DNA of 64,000 nt from Bacillota bacterium. Its GTDB lineage: Bacteria; Bacillota; Clostridia; Christensenellales; CAG-138. Shown here one piece after another: positions 43,801-52,347 of the stretch. The translations under genes and the position numbers were made by a program. The notes under the pieces were generated by a model, which was not told where the DNA came from, made no database searches, and was given only the letters and a program-made list of their open reading frames with translations. The DNA lies in the NCBI GenBank assembly GCA_023409435.1, contig JAEYHP010000087.1, forward strand, positions 12,961-76,960, read 5' to 3'. Position 1 is the first letter of the stretch, and each line of letters begins with the position of its first letter.

Positions 43801-44842
43801 GCGCAAAGCAGGCGCATGTCTTGCCCGTGATGTCGTTTTGAATTTCGTCGAGCGTATACCCTAACGCAATTTTCGTCGCCACCTTGGCGATCGGGTAGCC
43901 CGTCGCCTTGCTCGCCAAAGCCGAGGAGCGGGACACGCGCGGGTTGACCTCGATCACCGCGTACTCAAAGCTGTTTGGATTCAGGGCGAACTGGCAGTTG
44001 CAGCCGCCTTCGATCTTGAGCGCGCGAATAATGGAAAGCGACGCGCTCCGAAGCATCTGGTATTCCTTATCGGAAAGCGTGACGGCGGGGGCGATTACGA
44101 TGCTGTCCCCCGTGTGCACGCCCACCGGGTCGAAATTCTCCATGGAACAGACGGCGATGCAGTTGTCGTTGCCGTCCCGCATGATTTCAAATTCGATCTC
44201 CTTCCAGCCGTAGATGTACTTTTCCACCAATATTTGAGTAATGGGGGAGAGCAGCAGGCCGTTCGCGGCGATTGTCTTTAATCCCTCTTCCGCGTAGGCC
44301 ACACCGCCGCCAGCACCCCCCAGCGTGAACGCCGGGCGGATGATAATGGGGTAGCCGATGCGCTCGGCGATGTTAAGGGCGGTATCGACGTCGTTTGCGA
44401 TTTCGGAGGGGATGACGGGCTGGCCGATACTTTGCATGGTATCCTTAAACAGCTGCCGGTCTTCCGCTTTGTCTATCGCCTCCGCGTTGGTGCCCAGCAG
44501 TTTTATGCCCATGCGGGTCAAGTACCCTTCTTTATGCAGCTGCATGGCAAGCGTCAGCCCCGTCTGTCCGCCCAAAGAGGCTAAAAGGCTATCCGGCCGC
44601 TCCTTTTCAATGATGCGCTTTAACGTTGTGACGGTGAGCGGCTCCAAATAGATTTCATCCGCCAGAGTCTTGTCCGTCATGATGGTTGCGGGGTTGGAGT
44701 TGACGAGCACCACGTTTACGCCCGCATCCTTTAATACACTGCACGCCTGCGCGCCCGCGTAATCGAACTCGGCCGCCTGGCCGATCACGATCGGCCCCGA
44801 GCCGATCATCAGCACTTTTTTGATGCTTTCGTTTAAAGGCAT
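40808..44842 (-). CDS. carB: Carbamoyl-phosphate synthase large subunit fused in frame to a DapF-like (diaminopimelate epimerase fold) C-terminal domain
   Basis: A single 1344-aa ORF. Residues 1 to about 1067 form a complete CarB: two ATP-grasp halves, the oligomerisation region and the MGS-like allosteric domain. The last 277 aa (40811-41641) carry DapF blocks: FYKMQGTGND, FNQDGSEGRMAGNSIRC, VGNPHCVVF and ERGNGETWACGTGACA. Confidence 0.9.
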   Translation of the reverse strand: MPLNESIKKVLMIGSGPIVIGQAAEFDYAGAQACSVLKDAGVNVVLVNSNPATIMTDKTLADEIYLEPLTVTTLKRIIEKERPDSLLASLGGQTGLTLAMQLHKEGYLTRMGIKLLGTNAEAIDKAEDRQLFKDTMQSIGQPVIPSEIANDVDTALNIAERIGYPIIIRPAFTLGGAGGGVAYAEEGLKTIAANGLLLSPITQILVEKYIYGWKEIEFEIMRDGNDNCIAVCSMENFDPVGVHTGDSIVIAPAVTLSDKEYQMLRSASLSIIRALKIEGGCNCQFALNPNSFEYAVIEVNPRVSRSSALASKATGYPIAKVATKIALGYTLDEIQNDITGKTCACFAPTLDYVVLKVPKWPFDKFVHASRRLGTQMKATGEVMAIAPSFEMAIMKAVRGAEISLDTLNLPSLAGTDIRARLKIADDQRLFTVFAALKEGVPVDEIFEVTKIDRWFLYKLKKLADFELAAAEKPLDAETYLAAKRLGYTDKALLRLTGHPLPEHRNAVYKMVDTCGAEFDARTPYFYSTYDDMCESRAIVRGEKPRIIVLGSGPIRIGQGIEFDYSSVHCVRTLRALGYEVTLINNNPETVSTDFSTADRLYFEPLTEEDVLHVIEVEQPIGVVVAFGGQTAIKLTRFLSERKIPILGTSAESIDTAEDRERFDALLERFRFKRPAGIGVTTMGEALCAAERLGYPVLVRPSYVIGGQNMTIAYAEEDVRAYMSIILAQGIDSPVLVDKYMMGTELEVDVISDGRDVLIPGIMQHIERAGVHSGDSIAVYPPYNVSDTMLATIIDCSEKLALALGTKGLVNIQYLIYHNELYVIEVNPRASRTIPYISKVTGVPMVELATKVMVDYCLKDLGYGTGLYKTPPYVAVKVPVFSFEKLNDVNAALGPEMKSTGEVLGVGKTLEEALYKGLLSAGFRIPSSAYERRGGVFISMNKQDRFEILPLAKTLNDLSIQLYATPGTARDIERLGIDVERVNPLCVDNGILDLLESGKLSYIVFTGNGEKAEVQDYIRLHRRALQLGVAVLTSLDTANALASIIASRFNERNTELVDINHLRASRQKLHFYKMQGTGNDCIVLDNRDNSLSCPESLAIRHSDRHFGIGGEGLTLIENSAVADAKIRMFNQDGSEGRMAGNSIRCVGKLLYDQGIVKKDRLSIETSGGVRQLKLYLFDGKVRSVEVDMGKASLHPNDIPAQLPGERVVDAPFHVAGKSWNITLVNVGNPHCVVFCERVDAIDISRVGPQFEHASAFPERINTEFVRVVNRRTLKMRVWERGNGETWACGTGACAAVVAAVENGHCDRNADITVKLLGGDLVVKYTGEAVYLTGNASLVYEGDMEY

Positions 44843-45912
44843 ACGTTCCCTCCCATCAGGTCAAAGAAGCGGTCGAACAAAAACCCCGTATCCTGCGGGC
44901 CTGCGCAGGCCTCCGGGTGGAACTGCACGGAGAACGCCCGCATGTCCGGGTAATCCACGCCCTCGCAGGTCAGGTCGTTCGCGTTATGCAGCCTGAGCTT
45001 CGCGCCGCAGCGCGCCAGGCTTTCGCTGATTACGGCGTAGCCGTGGTTCTGGCTGGTGATGTATACGCGTCCGGTCTCCACATCCCGCACGGGCTGGTTT
45101 GCACCGCGGTGGCCGTACTTGAGCTTTTCAGTCTTTCCTCCGCTTGCAAGCGCCAATAGCTGGTGCCCCAGGCAGATGCCGAATATCGGCACGCGTCCCA
45201 GCAGCTTTTTGATTTCGCGGATGACGCCCACATTTTCCGCCGGGTCGCCGGGGCCGTTAGATAACATCACGCCGTCGGGCCTGTGGGAAAGCAGCGTCTC
45301 CGCTGCGGTATCGTAGGGCAGCACCAGCACTTCGCAGCCCCGCTTGCACAGTTCCCGGATGATGTTGCGTTTCAATCCGCAATCGAGTAACGCCACGCGG
45401 AAGCGCTTTTCCCCCGTAGCGGGGTAGAGCCGGGGGCCGGTGCCGCTGACGGAAGCGACGGCGTTTTCAATTACAAACTCCGAAAGCCCGTCAAAGCTCT
45501 CTTTTGTCACCTCGTCCACGATGCGGGCGTTCATCACGCCGGTCTCACGTATGATTTTTGTGATCTCCCGCGTGTCTACGCCATATAGACCGGGGATACC
45601 CTGTTCCTTCAAAAACGCGTTTAACGTGCCGCCCGCACGGAAATTAGAAGGTTCCTCGCACCATTCCCGCACGATATAGGCCGTGACAAAGCTTTTGCGG
45701 CTTTCCATATCCGCCGGGATTATGCCGTAGTTGCCAATGAGCGGGAATGTCTGCAGCACGATCTGCCCATAGTAGCTCGGGTCGCTGAGCGTTTCCACAT
45801 AGCCGCACATGCCGGTGGTAAACACCAGCTCGCCGGTGGGGGAGCCTGTGGCGCCAAAGCGTTTTCCCACAAACGTTTGGCCGTTGGATAACACAAGGGT
45901 AGCAGTCTGCAT
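44833..45912 (-). CDS. carA: Carbamoyl-phosphate synthase small (glutaminase) subunit
   Basis: 359 aa. GICLGHQ catalytic Cys block and a later FHPEA block. Overlaps carB by 10 nt. Confidence 0.92.
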   Translation of the reverse strand: MQTATLVLSNGQTFVGKRFGATGSPTGELVFTTGMCGYVETLSDPSYYGQIVLQTFPLIGNYGIIPADMESRKSFVTAYIVREWCEEPSNFRAGGTLNAFLKEQGIPGLYGVDTREITKIIRETGVMNARIVDEVTKESFDGLSEFVIENAVASVSGTGPRLYPATGEKRFRVALLDCGLKRNIIRELCKRGCEVLVLPYDTAAETLLSHRPDGVMLSNGPGDPAENVGVIREIKKLLGRVPIFGICLGHQLLALASGGKTEKLKYGHRGANQPVRDVETGRVYITSQNHGYAVISESLARCGAKLRLHNANDLTCEGVDYPDMRAFSVQFHPEACAGPQDTGFLFDRFFDLMGGNVCL

Positions 45913-45985
45913 GTGTTCCTCCTTTTCCAGTCTTCTCTATCTAAAAAATCATTTTGATACGCCCGTAATATTTTTAAGGAATATA

Positions 45986-46025
45986 GAAAAAGCGGAGCGG
46001 GAAATGTTTCCCGTTCCGCTTTTTA
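45986..46025. terminator. Strong hairpin with A/T flanks between argF and carA
   Basis: AAAAA-AGCGGAGCGGGAAA-TG-TTTCCCGTTCCGCT-TTTT. The stem is about 13 bp with one G-U pair. Confidence 0.6.
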
Positions 46026-46040
46026 ATATCTTCATGGCCG

Positions 46041-46952
46041 TTACTCCGCTTTCCCAAGGAGCTTGACGAGCACGGCTTTCTGCGCGTGCAGCCGGTTTTC
46101 CGCCTCGTCGAATATCTCATTGGCGTGGGCCTCAAAAACGTCCGTTGTGATCTCCTCTTCCCGGTGCGCCGGGAGGCAATGGAGCACAATGGCGTCGGGT
46201 TTTGCCGCTCCCATCACAGCGCCGTTGATTTGGTAGCCAACAAACGCCGCCTTGCGTTTCTCCGCCTCGCCCTCCTGGCCCATGGAGGCCCAAACGTCGG
46301 TGTATAGGACGTCGGCGTTCTTCGCCGCGGCGAGCACGTTCGTGGTGCAGGTGAACGTGCCGTTCGCTTTTGCCCATTTCATGATGTCTGCATCGGGCTG
46401 GTAATCCACAGGGCAGGCGATGGCCACTTCCATGCCCATTTTGACACCGCCCACGATAAGCGAGTTTGCCATGTTGTTGCCGTCGCCGATAAAGGCCATC
46501 TTCAGGCTCTTGAACGTGCCCTTGTATTCGCGTACCGTCATCAGGTCCGCAAGCACCTGGCAGGGGTGTGCGTAATCGGTCAGGCCGTTGATGACGGGGA
46601 TGGAGCCGTACTTTGCCAAATCTTCCACTTCCTGCTGCTTATACGTGCGGATCATGATGCCGTCCAAATACCGGGAAAGCACCCTTGCCGTATCCTGCAC
46701 GGGTTCGCCGCGGCCGATCTGCAGGTCGTTTGCGGAAAGGAACAGGGCGCTGCCGCCCAGCTGATACATGCCCACCTCAAAGGAAACGCGCGTGCGCGTG
46801 GAGGATTTCTGGAATATCATGCCCAAGGTCTTGCCCGCAAGGTAGTGGTGGGCGATGCCGTTTTTGCTGTCGTACTTCAATTGGTCGGCAAGGTTTAAAA
46901 TATCCGTGATTTCCTGCGGGGTTAGGTCGGAAAGTTTGAGCAAATGCTTCAT
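46041..46952 (-). CDS. argF: Ornithine carbamoyltransferase
   Basis: 303 aa with the STRTR, HPCQ and HCLP motifs. Confidence 0.92.
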   Translation of the reverse strand: MKHLLKLSDLTPQEITDILNLADQLKYDSKNGIAHHYLAGKTLGMIFQKSSTRTRVSFEVGMYQLGGSALFLSANDLQIGRGEPVQDTARVLSRYLDGIMIRTYKQQEVEDLAKYGSIPVINGLTDYAHPCQVLADLMTVREYKGTFKSLKMAFIGDGNNMANSLIVGGVKMGMEVAIACPVDYQPDADIMKWAKANGTFTCTTNVLAAAKNADVLYTDVWASMGQEGEAEKRKAAFVGYQINGAVMGAAKPDAIVLHCLPAHREEEITTDVFEAHANEIFDEAENRLHAQKAVLVKLLGKAE

Positions 46953-48115
46953 TGTTCGATCTCCTCCTTCAGTATGGCGATGGCTTCCTTGAGCAGCGGC
47001 GTCGGGATATTGAGCGGCGGCAAAAGCCGGATTTTATTTTTTGCGGTCAGCACGATCACCCCGCGGGCTAAACAACCAAGCAAAATATCCTTTGCGGGCC
47101 GTTCCGTTTCGATGCCCAGCATCAGGCCGAGGCCGCTGACGGAAATCACACCTTTTAATGGACCCAGCGCTTCCTTCATATACGCGCTCTTTTCCTGCAC
47201 TTCCTGCATCAGCTCGTCCGTGAGGCGGGAGAGAACAGAGATTGCTCCCGCCGCGCACACCGGGTTGCCGCCGAACGTGGAACCGTGGCTGCCAGTGGTG
47301 AGCGTAAACATGGTCTTTTCCCCGAACAGCGTTGCGCCCATGGGCAAGCCCCCCGCCAGGCCTTTTGCGGTAGATACGATATCCGGCTTGATGCCGTAGT
47401 GCATATAGCAGTACAGTTCTCCCGTGCGGCCGTTGCCCGTCTGGACCTCGTCTATCACCAGCAGCACGTCCCGCTTTTCGCAAATCGCCGCGACCTCGCG
47501 CACATACTCCGGCTCCAGCACGTTTACGCCGCCCTCGCCCTGTATGAGCTCCATCATCACGGCGCAGACGTCGTCCGCCTCAAGCGCAAGCTTTATGGCG
47601 TCGATGTCGTTTGCCGCTACATGCACAAATCCCGGCGTAAACGGGCCGAAATCCTTATGGAAGCTTTCCTGCCCCGTGGCGGAAAGCGTGGTGAGTGTGC
47701 GGCCGTGGAAGCTGTTCCACAGCGTTATGATATTTGGCCGGGCGACCGCGCCGTATTTGTCGCTTGCGTACTTGCGTGCGGCTTTTATGGCGCACTCGTT
47801 CGCTTCCGCGCCCGAGTTGGAGAAGAACACCTTCTTCATCCCCGTCCGCTCACACAGCATTTGCCCCAGCTCGGACTGCGGCTCGGTGTAATAGTAGTTG
47901 GACACATGCTGCAGCTTATCCACCTGCGTTTTTACCGCGTCCGCCCATGCGTCGTCCGCGATGCCGAACGCGTTTACCGCAATGCCGCCCCCGAGGTCGA
48001 TGTATCGTTTGCCCGCCTCATCATACAGCTCCGCGCCCTTGCCGCTGATGAACGCGACGTCCTGCCGGCCGTATGTCCCCGCGATAAACGCTTGATCCAG
48101 TTCTTTGATGGTCAT
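46949..48115 (-). CDS. argD: Acetylornithine aminotransferase
   Basis: Start ATG 48115 (MTIKELDQAF) after AAGGGGG. Class-III aminotransferase blocks DEVQTGNGRTG and STAKGLAGG. The upstream 16 codons of the ORF track translate a repeat element. Confidence 0.9.
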   Translation of the reverse strand: MTIKELDQAFIAGTYGRQDVAFISGKGAELYDEAGKRYIDLGGGIAVNAFGIADDAWADAVKTQVDKLQHVSNYYYTEPQSELGQMLCERTGMKKVFFSNSGAEANECAIKAARKYASDKYGAVARPNIITLWNSFHGRTLTTLSATGQESFHKDFGPFTPGFVHVAANDIDAIKLALEADDVCAVMMELIQGEGGVNVLEPEYVREVAAICEKRDVLLVIDEVQTGNGRTGELYCYMHYGIKPDIVSTAKGLAGGLPMGATLFGEKTMFTLTTGSHGSTFGGNPVCAAGAISVLSRLTDELMQEVQEKSAYMKEALGPLKGVISVSGLGLMLGIETERPAKDILLGCLARGVIVLTAKNKIRLLPPLNIPTPLLKEAIAILKEEIEQ

Positions 48116-48140
48116 TGTGTATGCCCCCTTACCGAAAAGG

Positions 48141-48198
48141 TACGTTGGAGGCTCTGCCTCCAAACCTCTGCCAAAGGGACACGTCCCTTTGGAATCCC
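48141..48198 (-). repeat. Bipartite intergenic hairpin repeat, copy B (inverted relative to copy A), inside the arg operon
   Basis: The + strand has GGAGGC-TCT-GCCTCC (48147-48161) and CCAAAGGGAC-AC-GTCCCTTTGG (48171-48192). The reverse complement aligns with 3907-3960. Confidence 0.6.
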
Positions 48199-48219
48199 AA
48201 CGCTTCTTTAGCCGGTTGC

Positions 48220-49074
48220 TTACTTAAACATCGTCCCTACGCCTTCGTCCGTCAGCACTTCAATCAGTATGGAGTGCGGCACGCGTCCGTCTATGATGAA
48301 CACCTTCTTCACCCCGCGCCGGATCGCGTCGATGCAGCAGTCCACCTTGGGGATCATGCCGCCGGAGATAATACCCTCCCGTACAAGCTGCGGCGCTTCA
48401 CTCACCGGGATTTCGGAAATGAGCGTAGAAGGGTCGTTCATATCCCGCAGGATGCCGTGCGTATCCGTCATGGAAATAAAGCTTTCCGCTCTTAAGCATC
48501 CCGCGATGCGGGCGGCCGCGGTATCCGCGTTGATGTTGAAAGTGTTACCCTTTTCGTCGCATCCCACGGTGGAGATGACGGGGATATAGCCCTTTTCCAA
48601 TAAATCGTGTATGGGCTGCGTGTTAACGCTTACGATCTCGCCCACATAGCCCAGCTTTTCGTCGAATGGCTTTGCGTTGAGGATTCGGCAGTCCATGCCC
48701 GAAAGGCCGATCGCCTTGCCGCCGATGCTGTCGATGAGCGCAACCAGATCCTTGTTGATTTTGCCCGCGAGCACCATCTGCACGATCTCCGCCGTTTCCT
48801 TATCCGTCACGCGCAAGCCGCCGACAAACTCGCTTTTTTTGCCCACGCGCTTTAGCATATCGGAAATCTCCGGCCCGCCGCCGCGGATAAGCACCACCTT
48901 GATTCCGATGAGGGAGAGCAGCACGATATCGCCCATCACGGCCCGTTTCAATTCGTCGCTCACCATGGCGTTGCCGCCGTATTTGACCACGATGATCTTG
49001 TTGTTGTATTTCTGGATATAGGGCAGCGCCTGTATGAGCACCTCTGCCCGCTGGGCATTTGTAATGTCCTTCAT
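48220..49074 (-). CDS. argB: Acetylglutamate kinase
   Basis: 284 aa. The N-terminal block is VVKYGGNAM. The overall pattern is that of an AAK-family protein. Confidence 0.92.
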   Translation of the reverse strand: MKDITNAQRAEVLIQALPYIQKYNNKIIVVKYGGNAMVSDELKRAVMGDIVLLSLIGIKVVLIRGGGPEISDMLKRVGKKSEFVGGLRVTDKETAEIVQMVLAGKINKDLVALIDSIGGKAIGLSGMDCRILNAKPFDEKLGYVGEIVSVNTQPIHDLLEKGYIPVISTVGCDEKGNTFNINADTAAARIAGCLRAESFISMTDTHGILRDMNDPSTLISEIPVSEAPQLVREGIISGGMIPKVDCCIDAIRRGVKKVFIIDGRVPHSILIEVLTDEGVGTMFK

Positions 49075-49090
49075 GACTTACCCTTGCTCC

Positions 49091-50305
49091 TTATGAACGG
49101 TAGTCGCCGTTGATTTTCACGTAATCATACGTGAGGTCGCAGCCCCAGGCCGTGGCGGTACACTCCCCGCTGTTGAGGTGGATATAGATGTCGATTTCAT
49201 CCTGCAGCAGGATATTTTTTGCGATCTCTTCCGAAAACGGCACGCCCGCGCCGTCGTTGCACACGTCGATATATCCAACACTCGAAGCAAAGGAAACGTC
49301 CACTTTGTTGATATCCACATCCGCGCCCGCGTAGCCTATGGCGCACAGCACCCGGCCCCAGTTGGCGTCCGCGCCGAACATGGCGGCCTTAAACAGGCTG
49401 GAGCAGACGACGGATTTTGCGACCGTCCGCGCCGTAACGGTATCGTTTGCACCCGAAACCTTGCAGGTCAGGAGCTTCGTCGCGCCCTCGCCGTCCTTCG
49501 CGATGGCGCGGCAGAGGTGGGAGGTGATTTCTTTCAACGCCGCGCAGAACGCGGTATAGTCTTCGTTTTCGCTTATGATCGTGTCGTTGCCCGCCAGCCC
49601 ATTTGCAAGCACCGCCACCATGTCGTTGGTGGAAGTATCGCCGTCCACGCTCACCATGTTGAAGGTGTCGAGGATATCGCTGGAAAGCGCTTTTTGCAGC
49701 ATGGCGAGGGAGATGGCGGCGTCCGTCGTAATAAATACCAGCATGGTCGCCATGTTGGGGTGGATCATGCCCGAGCCCTTGGCGATCCCGCCAATACGGC
49801 ACTCTTTTCCGGCGACCGTGAAGGATACCGCAGTCTCCTTTACGGCGAGGTCGGTGGTCATAATGGCGCGAGCCGCTTCGAGACTATTCTCATACCCCAG
49901 CGCATCCACAAGCGCGCCCATGCCGCTTTCAATGGGACCGATGGGGAGCGGCTGGCCGATCACGCCCGTGGAGGCCACGATAATATCGGTGGTATCAAAC
50001 CCCAGCGATGCGCCCGCAAGTTCGCACATTTTCTTCGCCACAAACGGACCGTCCGCGTTACAGGTGTTCGCATTGCCGGAGTTGCAGAGTATCGCCTGCG
50101 CCACGCCGTTTTGTATGTGCTCTTTCGTCACGAGTATCGGCGCGCCCTTGACTAAATTCTGCGTGTATACGGCGGCGGCGCTCGCCGGAACGTCGCTGAC
50201 GATCAGCGCCAGGTCCTTTAACGCCTTATTCTTTCTTAATCCGCAATGGATGCCTGAAGCCTTGAAGCCTTTTGCGGCGCACACGCCGCCGGGTATTGCG
50301 TGCAT
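49091..50305 (-). CDS. argJ: Bifunctional ornithine acetyltransferase / N-acetylglutamate synthase
   Basis: 404 aa with the autoproteolysis site context PNMATMLVFITTDA. AAGGAGAG RBS. Confidence 0.92.
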   Translation of the reverse strand: MHAIPGGVCAAKGFKASGIHCGLRKNKALKDLALIVSDVPASAAAVYTQNLVKGAPILVTKEHIQNGVAQAILCNSGNANTCNADGPFVAKKMCELAGASLGFDTTDIIVASTGVIGQPLPIGPIESGMGALVDALGYENSLEAARAIMTTDLAVKETAVSFTVAGKECRIGGIAKGSGMIHPNMATMLVFITTDAAISLAMLQKALSSDILDTFNMVSVDGDTSTNDMVAVLANGLAGNDTIISENEDYTAFCAALKEITSHLCRAIAKDGEGATKLLTCKVSGANDTVTARTVAKSVVCSSLFKAAMFGADANWGRVLCAIGYAGADVDINKVDVSFASSVGYIDVCNDGAGVPFSEEIAKNILLQDEIDIYIHLNSGECTATAWGCDLTYDYVKINGDYRS

Positions 50306-50331
50306 AATTCTCTCCTTATGGTCCGAGGTAC

Positions 50332-50362
50332 GTTTCTTTTCTTTCCACGAAAGAAAAGAAAC
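50332..50362. repeat. Polypyrimidine/polypurine hairpin in the argC-argJ spacer
   Basis: GTTTCTTTTCTTTC-CAC-GAAAGAAAAGAAAC, a perfect 14-bp stem. The arm motif TTCTTTTCTTT / AAAGAAAAGAA resembles 29353-29382. Confidence 0.6.
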
Positions 50363-50395
50363 AAAAGAAAGCGGATTTCATTATCCCAATGATGC

Positions 50396-51331
50396 CTATA
50401 CGGAGAGCCCTTCCGTCTCTTCCCGCCCCAGCATCAGGTTCATGCATTGTATGGCGGCGCCCGAAGCGCCTTTACCCAAGTTGTCGTACCGGGCAAGCAA
50501 TGTCATGCGCTCCCCGCTTCCGGCCACCATCAGTTCCATGGTGTCCTTGCCTGCAAGGGCATTGGCTGCAAGCATCTGGTTTTCCGCTTCATAGGGAAGG
50601 ACGGTTATCAGTTTGCTGCCCTCATAGTGCTGCGCATAAATCTCGCTGATATCTTCCGGTCGCAGTCGCTTCTCGAGCATGCTTTGATGCAGAGGTACAT
50701 TCACCAGCATGCCCGCATAAAAATCCGCAACCACGGGAGTGAATACCGGCGGGAACGCAGTGCCCGCGTACTTTTGCATTTCGGGCAGGTGCTTGTGCGC
50801 CTGCAGCGTGGCGTATGCCCGGGGGGCGTCGAACGCCGCATCCCGCGTGCTGTCTTCGTATTCCGATATCATCTTTTTCCCGCCGCCGCTGTAGCCGGTG
50901 AGGGAGAAGCAGGCAAGCGGCGCTTCCGGGGAAAGGATACCGGCGGAAACTAGCGGATAAATGAGCGCGATAAACCCGCTTGCGTGGCAGCCCGGCACGG
51001 CCACGCGGGAACCGAAGACAACGCCCGCCCGGTGCGCTTGCGAAAGCTCCGGGAACCCGTACCGCCAGCCGTTCGCCGTGCGGTGGGCGGTGGAAGCGTC
51101 TATGATGCGTACGCGGCCGCCCTCGGAGAGCGCAACGGATTCGCGTGCCGCATCGTCCGGCAGGCACAAAAACGCGATATCGGCCTCGTGGAGCAGTTCC
51201 TTGCGCGCGTCCGGGTCCTTGCGCTTTTCTTCATCCAGGGTGAGGAGCGCAATGCCGTTTCGCGCGCTTAGCCGCTCGGATATGCGAAGGCCTGTCGTGC
51301 CTTCCCTGCCGTCGATGAATACCTGATGCAT
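50396..51331 (-). CDS. argC: N-acetyl-gamma-glutamyl-phosphate reductase (short, about 310-aa type)
   Basis: 311 aa. It contains VAVPGCHASG, with the catalytic Cys. First gene of argCJBDF. Confidence 0.9.
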   Translation of the reverse strand: MHQVFIDGREGTTGLRISERLSARNGIALLTLDEEKRKDPDARKELLHEADIAFLCLPDDAARESVALSEGGRVRIIDASTAHRTANGWRYGFPELSQAHRAGVVFGSRVAVPGCHASGFIALIYPLVSAGILSPEAPLACFSLTGYSGGGKKMISEYEDSTRDAAFDAPRAYATLQAHKHLPEMQKYAGTAFPPVFTPVVADFYAGMLVNVPLHQSMLEKRLRPEDISEIYAQHYEGSKLITVLPYEAENQMLAANALAGKDTMELMVAGSGERMTLLARYDNLGKGASGAAIQCMNLMLGREETEGLSV

Positions 51332-51363
51332 GCGCTGCCTCCTTTTTTCGTATATTACTTATA

Positions 51364-51391
51364 ATTATACATTCAACGGGTGCAATGTCAA
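51364..51391 (-). promoter_or_regulatory. Sigma-A-like promoter of the arg operon
   Basis: TTGACA, 16 nt, then TATAAT, about 35 nt upstream of the argC start. Confidence 0.5.
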
Positions 51392-51397
51392 TAATTT

Positions 51398-51415
51398 TTT
51401 GAATAAATATTTATT
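51398..51415. promoter_or_regulatory. Candidate ARG box (ArgR/AhrC operator) abutting the arg promoter
   Basis: TTTGAATAAATATTTATT differs from the consensus TNTGAATWWWWATTCANW at only one specified position. It sits 6 nt upstream of the -35. I could not confidently align a second box. Confidence 0.4.
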
Positions 51416-51444
51416 ATTGATGTATTTTATGCATCTCCCTTTAT

Positions 51445-51474
51445 GACAAAACAAAAGGCCCGGAAAACCGGACC
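51445..51474 (-). terminator. Terminator of the nitroreductase gene
   Basis: On the minus strand, GGUCCGG-UUUU-CCGGGCC immediately after the stop, followed by UUUUGUUUUG. Confidence 0.6.
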
Positions 51475-52209
51475 TTAAAGTTTCGTTTGAAATTGTTTCA
51501 AATATTCCGCTACGGAACGCGTCATCTCTTTTGCGAAATCGGAATTGTACTTGCGGGTGCAAAACGCGTTGATCCATTCCCGGAATTCCTGTGTACCGGA
51601 GTGCTTTTTCAGCATTTCCGGGAAAGCGGCGGGGTCTATGCGGCGGTAGGCGTTTTCGTGCACGATATCCTTCAACTCGCACCGTTCGGGCTTTTTGCGT
51701 GCCTTCTGCTGTGCGGTGGGGTAGCCGAACACCACCATGGCGGCAGGGAATACGTACGGCGGAAGCAAAAGCAATTCCCGATGTTCCTCGCAGCGCTCCA
51801 TGACGTCGCCGATGTAGCAGGAACCTATGCCGAAGCTTTCTGCGGCGGTCACCGCGTTCTGCGCGGCGATGTTGCAATCGGAAACCGCGATCATCAAATC
51901 CCCCACGCCGGGCAGGCGCGGGTTGCAGGAATATGCCTCGTACGCGTCGTACCACTTCTGGCAGTCCGCTAAAAAAATAAGCACCATAGGCGCTTTTGCA
52001 ATAAACGGCTGATTGTCGCAGGTAACGGCAAGACGGTCCTTGATAGACTGGTCCGTAATATCCAATATCGTATAGAGCTGCTGGTTGCCCGCGCTCGGCG
52101 CGGCTATGGCGGCTAAAAGAATCTCCCGCTTGACAGAGGAGGAAATCTCCCTGTCCTCGTATACGCGGACGGATTTGCGGTTATGGAGGCTCCTTACGAT
52201 ATCGTTCAT
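51475..52209 (-). CDS. Nitroreductase family protein
   Basis: HNRKSVRVYEDREIS near the N-terminus and SAGNQQ are typical of the nitroreductase fold. Start chosen at ATG 52209, though ATG 52221 is also possible. Confidence 0.8.
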   Translation of the reverse strand: MNDIVRSLHNRKSVRVYEDREISSSVKREILLAAIAAPSAGNQQLYTILDITDQSIKDRLAVTCDNQPFIAKAPMVLIFLADCQKWYDAYEAYSCNPRLPGVGDLMIAVSDCNIAAQNAVTAAESFGIGSCYIGDVMERCEEHRELLLLPPYVFPAAMVVFGYPTAQQKARKKPERCELKDIVHENAYRRIDPAAFPEMLKKHSGTQEFREWINAFCTRKYNSDFAKEMTRSVAEYLKQFQTKL

Positions 52210-52347
52210 GCGCTCTCCCATTCCTTTGCTTCAAGGGGTTATTATAAAGACTCTTAGAGAAAAAAGCAAGGGTGGAGGGTACAAAATTTTAGCAGGTACG
52301 GCAGTACTTTGGTATAATAACCGCAGCAGATAGAAGGATGTGATCCT

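Noticed and set aside
45961-45990. ARG box upstream of carA (TAATATTTTTAAGGAATATAG)
   Set aside because: It matches only the AT-rich core of the consensus and lacks the TGAAT/ATTCA half-sites. That is too weak to call.
47285-50594. Several 300+ aa ORFs on the + strand (47285-48211, 49178-50155, 49575-50594)
   Set aside because: All are antisense to argD, argB, argJ and argC, which carry diagnostic motifs. These ORFs overlap each other in different frames and have antisense-type composition.
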